From positions 57,974 through 121,973 of the forward strand of contig JACOXU010000003.1 in the NCBI GenBank assembly GCA_016182185.1: a DNA stretch of 64,000 nt. Direction: 5' to 3'. The position numbers and the translations under genes were made by a program. Below the pieces are notes generated by a model, which saw nothing but the letters and a program-made list of their open reading frames with translations, ran no database searches and was not told the origin of the DNA. Shown here piece by piece: positions 57,364 to 64,000 of the stretch. Position 1 is the stretch's first letter. The number at the start of each line of letters is the position of its first letter. The stretch comes from Candidatus Levyibacteriota bacterium (GTDB lineage Bacteria > Patescibacteriota > Microgenomatia > Levybacterales > UBA12049).

Positions 57364-58284
57364 CTAGACAGAAGGTTGATCTGATCCTCTTTTTTTTTGA
57401 TGGTATCTCTTCACGCTCTCTGAGATTTTCTGTCTCATTTTTTTAGTCCTTCTTAAAATGCGTTTTCTTTTTTTAGAATCCGAGAAAACTAGTTGCGCTG
57501 CTTCTTTTTTTGTTCTTAAAGGAATTCCCGCTGCTTTCATCCATTTAATCACTGTGTCTATCTTAATTTCTAACTTCCCGGCAATTTCCGGCAATGACCT
57601 ATTCTTACCCCAATATTCATTGTATAGAACCTCATTTATTGGCTTTCCATATCTTCTTTCTACATCTTTTAGCTTGGTGCTTCTAATCGGCTCTGAAATT
57701 TTAATCTCTATACCGAACTTATCGCACCAATCGCCAATAACCCTATGACTCTTGCCAAGTTTCTGACCAATCTCTCTTCTGCTAAAGCCCCTTGAGGCGT
57801 AATCCAGTAAAATTTGTTCTATGGGCCTCCCATGTTTATTTTCTATCTCAGTCATCGCAGGAGTTTTTTTAATAGGCGGTCTCTCGCTTGGAATTGCCTT
57901 ATCGAGTTTTTTATATGCTTTGTCTCTAAGTTTAGCGACTGCTTCTCTTGAGATACCACCCATTTGTCTACCTATTTTTCTTAGGCTAGACGGCAATCCT
58001 TCCTCGGGATGTATTAAATTAATTACGTCTCGTTGTCTTTCTGTCAACGTGTTAATTATTCCAGTTTCTCTGGCTTGAAAGATAAGACCGTTTCTAATTG
58101 CATGCTGATCTCCGCCAAGATTTTCTCTACGTCTAACAACACCAACATCGCTATTTGGAAGACTTGAGATACTTACTCTTGATGTATCCTGACTAGATTC
58201 ATTTAAGATAACTCCACTAGGCCGAAAAGGCTTGACAGCGAATTTATGGTGCTCTAAACCTGGTTGTAATTCGTGTTTTGACAT
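57364..58284 (-). CDS. multi-HTH DNA-binding protein (sigma-70 region-4-like HTH plus two HTH_23/transposase-type HTH repeats, basic C-terminus)
   Basis: LTERQRDVINLIHPEEGLPSSLRKIGRQMGGISREAVAKLRDKAYKKL is sigma r4-like. FSRREIGQKLGKSHRVIGDWCDKFGI and RSLPEIAGKLEIKIDTVIKWMKAAGI are IS630-type HTH repeats. Confidence 0.5.
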   Translation of the reverse strand: MSKHELQPGLEHHKFAVKPFRPSGVILNESSQDTSRVSISSLPNSDVGVVRRRENLGGDQHAIRNGLIFQARETGIINTLTERQRDVINLIHPEEGLPSSLRKIGRQMGGISREAVAKLRDKAYKKLDKAIPSERPPIKKTPAMTEIENKHGRPIEQILLDYASRGFSRREIGQKLGKSHRVIGDWCDKFGIEIKISEPIRSTKLKDVERRYGKPINEVLYNEYWGKNRSLPEIAGKLEIKIDTVIKWMKAAGIPLRTKKEAAQLVFSDSKKRKRILRRTKKMRQKISESVKRYHQKKRGSDQPSV

Positions 58285-58607
58285 ATGGACTAAAAAGTCA
58301 ATGATAAGTAAATTTATTGGTCAAGAATAGGAGTATGTTAACTTTACCTAAGTTTTTTTGATTCTATTGTTGTAGTGACTAAACTTACTTGATCAATACT
58401 TGGCAAAGTTTTATTTGTCGGGTTACGGTCTGTATTTAGAGAGCGTCCAAATTGATGCTCTTCAATTAGTTTACTAAATCCATTTAAAGAGTCGTGGACC
58501 CTCCTGATCCTAGTACCTACAAGTCTACGGTCTAGTTCAAGACTTGACATATAAATACTACTAAACTAGCTTATAGTATACATCGTAGAAATTAAAAAGT
58601 CAATAGC

Positions 58608-58883
58608 TTACTGTCCTCCGCCCAACAGTCCTTGAAGACCTCCGCCCATTGATTGTAGTTTTCTGGCCGCCACCTCCTGGGATTTTTTGATTGCCTCATT
58701 TACTGCTTCTTTTATGTCGTTATCCGACCGATCATTACTGTTTAATTCCTTTATCTTCTGATCTCCCGTTATAAGAATGTCAACGCCGTTTTTTGAAACT
58801 TGAACTTCCTCTTTTTGAAGCTCTCTTTGGATTTCCATTGCCTGGTCCCGCATTTTCTTAAGATCTTTTAACTGCTGAAACAT
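58608..58883 (-). CDS. ybaB: YbaB/EbfC family nucleoid-associated protein
   Basis: MFQQLKDLKKMRDQAMEIQRELQK...GGGLQGLLGG. Immediately downstream of dnaX. Confidence 0.85.
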   Translation of the reverse strand: MFQQLKDLKKMRDQAMEIQRELQKEEVQVSKNGVDILITGDQKIKELNSNDRSDNDIKEAVNEAIKKSQEVAARKLQSMGGGLQGLLGGGQ

Positions 58884-58887
58884 AAAA

Positions 58888-60303
58888 TCACCCCCTTAAT
58901 AATACTGACATTTTAACTTTTTTTCCAGTAATTTCTTCTATAACTTTTTCAATCAATGTCCGAACCCTTACATCTTCTAACTTTTCTTTATGAAATTTGA
59001 ATTTTGCTTCAATCTCAAGTTTTTTCCCGTCAAAGTTTTTAAGAATACATCCTCTGAGAAGCCCTGCTGCAGAATGGTTGTGAGGTTTTACTTTGGCAAT
59101 AAGTTGAGCAAAAATATCTTGGCGCGGGAAGCTCACAAAATTTTCTCTGTTCGCGTTTGCGCCATCTGACTTGGGGATTTCGGGCAAATTTTTTCCCGCG
59201 TTGCGAACAGGAAAATTTTCGTGAGCGACCTCGGCGCCAATACACCACTCAACAATTGCCATTTCAAGCGGCATTTGTGGCAAAACCGCAAATTTCAGTT
59301 GAGAACTTGCCCTTACAAAGAGTTCTGTTAACTCTTTTATTTCATCTAAGCTTAATGACGCCTCTGGTTCTTTGTCCTTAACAACACCTACATTTATCAA
59401 AAGCAGTTCATGCATTTTAAGTATCAGTTGTTCGAGAAAAAATTTCATATCAATTCCCTGCTCTGTCATTTTCCCCACCATCTCAAGACTCCCTTTTACA
59501 TCTTTTTCTGTCAAAAGCCTGAACATCCCTGAAATATAAGATGATAAGTTTGAAATTTGAAATTTTTTCTCAACTATTTCCTTGGTAATTTTCCTGTTTC
59601 CGATTCCTGAATGTATTTCTTCAAGAATCTTGACTCCGTCCCTAAAGCTCCCGTCGGAAAGATCAGAAATTGCCGAAAGTGCATCCTTATCTATGGAAAT
59701 TTTTTCTTGTTTTGCGATTCTTAAGAATGAACGAATTAACTCATCCATGGTTGCTCTCTTAAAAACTATATGGAAACAGCGGGATACAATTGTCGCCGGA
59801 ACTTTATGAGGTTCAGTTGTGCAGAGAATAAACACTACATGATTTGGGGGCTCCTCAAGAGTCTTCAAAAGCGCATTGAATGCCTCAGTGGTAAGCATGT
59901 GAACTTCATCAATAATATAGATTTTTTTATGGGCTCCTGCTGGGGACAGTCTTACCTTTTCACGCAAATCCCTTATCTCATCAATTCCTCTATTTGATGC
60001 TCCATCAATCTCTAAAACATCTATATTGGTTCCATTTGTAATCGATACGCATTGAGCACATTTATTGCAGGGCTCCAAAACTGACTTTTGACTTTTGCCT
60101 TTTGACTTTTGCCTTAATTTTTCGCAATTAACTGCCTTCGCTACAATTCTTGCCGCAGATGTTTTGCCTAAGCCTTTAGGCCCAGTAAAGAGAAGCGCAT
60201 GAATCGATGATTTTTTTGCCAGAAAAGCCGTTAGCTTTTCACGAACCTCACTATTGTCGAGTTCATCTATTTTTTGAGGTCTGTATTTACGATAGAAAAC
60301 CAT
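58888..60303 (-). CDS. dnaX: DNA polymerase III subunit gamma/tau, with an in-frame repeat-derived insertion and a short tandem repeat in the Zn-finger region
   Basis: Walker A GPKGLGKTSA, DEVHML, and sensor motifs. Insertion ...GAEVAHENFPVRNAGKNLPEIPKSDGANANRENFVSFPR... Confidence 0.9.
   Translation of the reverse strand: MVFYRKYRPQKIDELDNSEVREKLTAFLAKKSSIHALLFTGPKGLGKTSAARIVAKAVNCEKLRQKSKGKSQKSVLEPCNKCAQCVSITNGTNIDVLEIDGASNRGIDEIRDLREKVRLSPAGAHKKIYIIDEVHMLTTEAFNALLKTLEEPPNHVVFILCTTEPHKVPATIVSRCFHIVFKRATMDELIRSFLRIAKQEKISIDKDALSAISDLSDGSFRDGVKILEEIHSGIGNRKITKEIVEKKFQISNLSSYISGMFRLLTEKDVKGSLEMVGKMTEQGIDMKFFLEQLILKMHELLLINVGVVKDKEPEASLSLDEIKELTELFVRASSQLKFAVLPQMPLEMAIVEWCIGAEVAHENFPVRNAGKNLPEIPKSDGANANRENFVSFPRQDIFAQLIAKVKPHNHSAAGLLRGCILKNFDGKKLEIEAKFKFHKEKLEDVRVRTLIEKVIEEITGKKVKMSVLLRG
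59113..59237 (-). repeat. palindromic repeat-element copy inserted in frame in dnaX
   Basis: GCGCGGGAAGCTCACAAAATTTTC...CGCGTTGCGAACAGGAAAATTTTCGTGAGCGACCTCGGCGCC. Confidence 0.65.
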
Positions 60304-60374
60304 ATCCTGAAAATTTCTAAATCCTAATTTCTAATTTCTAAAATTTTTTTAGATTAATTAGATTAATTGTGAAT
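60304..60374 (-). promoter_or_regulatory. AT-rich promoter repeat upstream of dnaX (tandem AATTAATCT units)
   Basis: Same flavour as 56216..56295 and 61476..61542 (TTTCTAATT..., tandem 9-10-bp units). Confidence 0.35.
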
Positions 60375-60761
60375 TTATTCATGATGTAATCCGAGCAAGT
60401 GCATTAGTCCGTGTTCAACAAGCTGATCAATTTTATCATCAACCAGCATTTCTTCTTTTGCCGCTTCTTTTATGACCTCCGGATATGAAATAACTACATC
60501 ACCCAAGAAAAGAACATCGGAATAAGAAGGTGTGGATTCTCCTTCAGTGAGCGAGAAGGACAGAACATTTCGAGTTTTATCTTCATTCTTATATTTTTTG
60601 CTCAAAGAACGCATCTTGCGATCCCCTACAATCGCAATGGAGACTTCGGCCTTCCCCGCAATGTCCTTGCTATTTAGTATTTTGGACACTAAATTTCTAA
60701 TTCTTTTTCTATCCACTTTATATCTGCTCTCAACATAAATGGGGACTGAAATTTCTGCCAT
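60375..60761 (-). CDS. ybeY: rRNA maturation RNase YbeY
   Basis: C-terminal HGLMHLLGLHHE metal-binding H-x-x-x-H...H motif. Confidence 0.85.
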   Translation of the reverse strand: MAEISVPIYVESRYKVDRKRIRNLVSKILNSKDIAGKAEVSIAIVGDRKMRSLSKKYKNEDKTRNVLSFSLTEGESTPSYSDVLFLGDVVISYPEVIKEAAKEEMLVDDKIDQLVEHGLMHLLGLHHE

Positions 60762-60764
60762 AAG

Positions 60765-60956
60765 TTATACCCAAGTCTTTTTGACTCTTCTTGCTTCTTC
60801 TTGCTTTTGCTTTCGAGCAAGTGAAGGCTTCAGATAAAACTCTCGTCTTTTTGCCTCCTGGATTATTCCTCCGGCAATAACTTTTCTTGAGAATTTTCGA
60901 ATCAAAGACTCATCACTTTCTCCCGGCATTTTTTTAACAACTACCATAATGAACAA
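60765..60956 (-). CDS. rpsU: 30S ribosomal protein S21
   Basis: Basic 55-63-aa product ...LIRKFSRKV...AKRREFYLKPS.ARKQK. matches S21. The start is probably MVVVKK. Confidence 0.75.
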   Translation of the reverse strand: MFIMVVVKKMPGESDESLIRKFSRKVIAGGIIQEAKRREFYLKPSLARKQKQEEARRVKKTWV

Positions 60957-61019
60957 ACACCCCCTTCTTAAAACAAAATTCCAAAATCTAAATCTCGAAT
61001 TCCAAATAAACTTAAATTA

Positions 61020-61145
61020 TGCTGTGCGGGGAGCTTTCAAATTTTTGGAGCACGCATTTGCGCCTTCTGAGTTTCTATTCTAAGCAAAGTTGCCCGCTCT
61101 GCGAGCGCACAAAAATTTCGGAAGCGACCTCAGCATAGCCCTATT
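61020..61145. repeat. intergenic copy of the palindromic repeat element (between rpsU and the HIT gene)
   Basis: TGCGGGGAGCTTTCAAATTTTTGG...GCGAGCGCACAAAAATTTCGGAAGCGACCTCAGC. Same termini as the prs and dnaX copies. Confidence 0.6.
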
Positions 61146-61148
61146 TTA

Positions 61149-61475
61149 CTACATTTTTACTTTTTTACCGACCGGACCGACTACATGAAAATGTAAATGG
61201 TCGATAATCTGCGCTCCCCCTCCGTTTAGTACAAGTCTATAGCCCTTATCCTTAAGCTCTGTTTTCTTTACCATTTTTTGAATAGTATTTGCCAATTTAC
61301 CAAAAAGTTTATCATTTTTAAGTTCCAAAAAATCGGTTATATGTTCCTTCGGAACTACCAAGAGATGGGTTGAGGCAATCGGATTTATATCCGAAAATAC
61401 CATTATTTCATCATCTTCATAGGTAAAATCCTTTGGAATTTCTTTCTTTGCAATTTTGCAAAAAATACAATCCAT
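61149..61475 (-). CDS. HIT (histidine triad) family protein
   Basis: MDCIFCKIAKKEIP... N-terminus and the HLHFHVVG histidine triad. Confidence 0.85.
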   Translation of the reverse strand: MDCIFCKIAKKEIPKDFTYEDDEIMVFSDINPIASTHLLVVPKEHITDFLELKNDKLFGKLANTIQKMVKKTELKDKGYRLVLNGGGAQIIDHLHFHVVGPVGKKVKM

Positions 61476-61542
61476 AAAATTTCTAATTATTCTAATCTGT
61501 AATTAACCTAAATGACTTGAAAATTAGGTCAATTAGGTCAAT
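61476..61542 (-). promoter_or_regulatory. AT-rich promoter repeat with tandem TTGACCTAAT units (upstream of the HIT gene)
   Basis: Minus strand: AAATTGACCTAATTGACCTAATTTTCAAG...ATG. Confidence 0.45.
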
Positions 61543-62469
61543 TTAGATTGTCTCTAGCACTTTTATTATATCACTCAATGACAATCTGGTTGCTTTCATC
61601 TTAGGGTTTTTAACCGAGCCGTTTAAAAGCATTTTCTTACCAACATGCAGGAACCATGTTGCCTGGGGATCTACTTTACTGAGTTTTTCATAGGTCAGAG
61701 TCAAGTCTATGTCTACATTTTTCGTATCTTCGGGTTTTTCAAAAACCATGCTCTCATCTCTTGGCCGTGCTTTGATACGGACATAACCCTTTCTCGGATC
61801 CTTACGAACTACCAAAACGTATCCCTTTTTTTGCGCGAGCTTGATGACTGAATCATTGATAGTTTCAAAACCTATTCCTTCACCAAATCTAGTTTTAAAT
61901 TTTATTCCTTTTCCGATTTCTTTTTCTGCCCAAATTTTATTCTCAAACTCATGCAAAAGCGCATCGAGATTTCGACTCATAAAGTCAACATAAAATTCAT
62001 CATGGTCAGGCTTTTCTATCTTAAGCCCATCCAAAATTCCAATAAGTGAAAAGTCGTGATAATCAGCAACGGGGTTTTCCCAAAAAACTTCCTTAAAATG
62101 ATCTATGTCAACAATTATTTTTATCAATCTTTCAAGCGCAGATAGCTTCTCAGGACTTATAGCTTGATTACGCAAAAGGTGTTCAGCTTTAACAAAGTCA
62201 AGTGTAAGACTTGCAGCACAAACCTTGTCACTCGCTGTCTGGTGATGATCCAAAGGTCCTAATCCAGTATCTACATGAATCACTTCATCATTATTTATAT
62301 TTTCTATCGGACCTCGTTGATTAGGCGCAAGTACGACATTTTTAAACCGTTCACCAGCCGGTACAAATTCTACTTTTGCGCTTTCCCACCCCGGCATAAA
62401 TTTTTTGATCACCCAGACAGATGAAACTGCATCCAAATCCGGTGATGAATGCGTAACTATAATTTTCAT
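61543..62469 (-). CDS. DHH-family phosphoesterase (NrnA-like)
   Basis: THSSPDLDAVSS matches DHH motif I-II (H-x-x-P-D-G-D-A). Confidence 0.6.
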   Translation of the reverse strand: MKIIVTHSSPDLDAVSSVWVIKKFMPGWESAKVEFVPAGERFKNVVLAPNQRGPIENINNDEVIHVDTGLGPLDHHQTASDKVCAASLTLDFVKAEHLLRNQAISPEKLSALERLIKIIVDIDHFKEVFWENPVADYHDFSLIGILDGLKIEKPDHDEFYVDFMSRNLDALLHEFENKIWAEKEIGKGIKFKTRFGEGIGFETINDSVIKLAQKKGYVLVVRKDPRKGYVRIKARPRDESMVFEKPEDTKNVDIDLTLTYEKLSKVDPQATWFLHVGKKMLLNGSVKNPKMKATRLSLSDIIKVLETI

Positions 62470-62566
62470 TTAAAATTTAAAATTTTGATTGAGTTATAGT
62501 ATACCCTTTCCGAAGCAAAAAAGGAAGTACAACTTGACAAAAAGTGGTAAATAAATCACTATATAA

Positions 62567-62857
62567 TTGAACTGTCCTATGAACCCGAAAAATCTGACCC
62601 AGCTTGATCCCAAACTCAAAGAAGCTTACGAAAGAGTAATGGGAACATCTGTGCCTCCTCCTGCCCCGGCAGCAACACCTGCTCCCATCCACCAAGAACC
62701 TCAATCTGCTCCCCAAACATCAAATCAGGTAGTTGTCAATAAAAAAAGAGGTGGCTTATCACCTGTGCTTATTGCAATTGCAATAATTTTATTTTTTACA
62801 ATCTATACGATTGTGTGGGTTATGGTGTTTGGTCTTAAAGTTCCTTTTCTTCCTTAA
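62567..62857 (+). CDS. hypothetical small membrane protein
   Basis: Pro/Ala-rich N-terminus and a C-terminal TM (LIAIAIILFFTIYTIVWVMVF). Confidence 0.35.
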   Translation: MNCPMNPKNLTQLDPKLKEAYERVMGTSVPPPAPAATPAPIHQEPQSAPQTSNQVVVNKKRGGLSPVLIAIAIILFFTIYTIVWVMVFGLKVPFLP

Positions 62858-64000
62858 GTCTTTTTTCAGCCTCTTCAATACTCAAAAGCTCTTTTTTTTC
62901 TTTATTTCTCTCTTTCCATTCGATTTTATCTCCTGTTTTTTCAGACAAAACCAGTCTTGCCGGAATACCGATTAGATCGGCATCCGCAAACTTTTCTCCC
63001 GGAGAGACTTCTCTGTCATCATACAAAATATCAATTCCGCTCTTTTGCAAATTATTGTAAATCTTCTCCGCCTTGTTAATTGTTGATCGTGAATTGTTAA
63101 CTGTTAAGAAATGAGCCTGGTAAGGAGCAACAGATCTTGGCCAAATAATTCCATTTTCGTCATGATGAACTTCAACAATTACTCCCATTACACGGGAAAT
63201 TCCTATGCCGTAACAACCCATGTAAACAAACTGATCTTTTCCGTCTTTGTCTTTATAAACGAGATTAAACGGTTCGGAAAATTTATTTTTGAGGGGAAAG
63301 ATATTACCAACTTCGGCAACTTTTACTCTCTTAAGCGATCCGTGTCCCAAATCACATTGCTTGTTCTCAAGTTTCTCCGGATTTTCAATTATTTCAACAT
63401 TTTCCGCATAATCTCCGCCGGGACAATAAATAATTTGATCTTCTCCGCTTTCGCAAATCACCTGATATTCATGGGAAAATTTTGAAAAAGTTCCGCCTGC
63501 TGCCCTGGTTTCAATTGCCGAAAGGCCTAATCTGTTGAAAGTATTTATATAAACTTTTTTCATCTTCTCATAATATTCCATCATATTCTTTTCATCCGCA
63601 TGAAAAGAATATAAATCCTTCATCAGAAATTCTCTTCCGCGCAAAAGCCCTGCCTTGGCTCTTGCCTCGTCTCTAAATTTATTTTGAATTTGATAGACAT
63701 AAATTGGTAAATCACGATAAGAACTGATAAATTCCGAAATAAGAGGCACTAATACCTCCTCGTGGGTCGGACCAAGTGCATATTCTTTTTCGAATTTACT
63801 TGCAAGCCTGAAGAGCGCGTCAAAACTTTCCCATCGTCCGGTTTTCTCCCAGTTCTCTTTGCCCTGAAGAGACGACAGTAGAACTTCTTGCCCTCCGGCT
63901 TTGTTCATTTCTTCTCTAACGATTTGAGCTATTTTATTAAGCGCTCTAAGTCCAAGGGGTAAAAAATTATACACGCCGGCAACTTCTTTTCGGATAAATC
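62835..64000 (-). CDS. proS: proline--tRNA ligase, C-terminal portion (N-terminus lies beyond the window end)
   Basis: Class II motif 2 region FRDEARAKAGLLRGREFLMKDLYSF and a C-terminal anticodon-binding domain. The N-terminal ~80 residues typical of ProRS are missing. Confidence 0.85.
   Translation of the reverse strand, partial: FIRKEVAGVYNFLPLGLRALNKIAQIVREEMNKAGGQEVLLSSLQGKENWEKTGRWESFDALFRLASKFEKEYALGPTHEEVLVPLISEFISSYRDLPIYVYQIQNKFRDEARAKAGLLRGREFLMKDLYSFHADEKNMMEYYEKMKKVYINTFNRLGLSAIETRAAGGTFSKFSHEYQVICESGEDQIIYCPGGDYAENVEIIENPEKLENKQCDLGHGSLKRVKVAEVGNIFPLKNKFSEPFNLVYKDKDGKDQFVYMGCYGIGISRVMGVIVEVHHDENGIIWPRSVAPYQAHFLTVNNSRSTINKAEKIYNNLQKSGIDILYDDREVSPGEKFADADLIGIPARLVLSEKTGDKIEWKERNKEKKELLSIEEAEKRLKEEKEL

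Noticed and set aside
58344-58550. 68-aa ORF in the spacer between ybaB and the multi-HTH gene
   Set aside because: No start context, promoter or conservation signal. It lies within a repeat-flanked non-coding stretch and is probably spurious.

Overview
Low-GC (about one-third GC by eye) bacterial contig with almost every gene on the minus strand. Gene content and pilin N-termini are compatible with a small-genome uncultivated lineage, possibly Patescibacteria/CPR-like; this is low-confidence inference. TGA is a normal stop here (pilB ends TGA, overlapping the pilC ATG), so the standard code is assumed.

Recognisable housekeeping genes: ssb (partial), rpsF, ychF, cysS, recR, prs, ybaB, dnaX, ybeY, rpsU, a HIT protein, a DHH phosphoesterase and proS (partial). 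Accessory content: a type IV pilus locus (pilB, pilC, six pilin or pilin-like genes) preceded by a PAS histidine kinase and two response regulators; a complete chemotaxis operon (MCP-cheW-cheY-cheB-cheA-cheC-cheD); at least five further two-component genes; an ECF sigma/anti-sigma pair; a dinJ/yafQ-type toxin-antitoxin pair; thiol-disulfide and cupredoxin proteins; and several hydrolases.

Two things stand out. (1) Two GC-rich islands (about 7.3-8.6 kb and 22.8-24.4 kb) share homologous AT-rich flanking arms and a 12-bp inverted repeat (GGGGGGAACTCT / AGAGTTCCCCC) at their inner boundaries, but carry unrelated cargo genes. One cargo is an archaeal-type fructose-1,6-bisphosphate aldolase/phosphatase; the other is a small membrane-protein ORF. 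(2) A family of about 120-bp GC-rich palindromic repeats is inserted in frame, in the same orientation and reading frame, into ychF, prs and dnaX, adding about 40 residues beginning AE(V/A)A(R/H)E... A fourth copy is intergenic. This resembles Rickettsia palindromic elements.

Other observations: tandem leaderless-looking pilin paralogs with identical 5' ends, widespread apparently leaderless promoters, AT-rich promoter repeats with tandem TTGACCTAAT units, decayed DUF2283 and DUF4258-like genes, and short in-frame tandem repeats in recR and dnaX.
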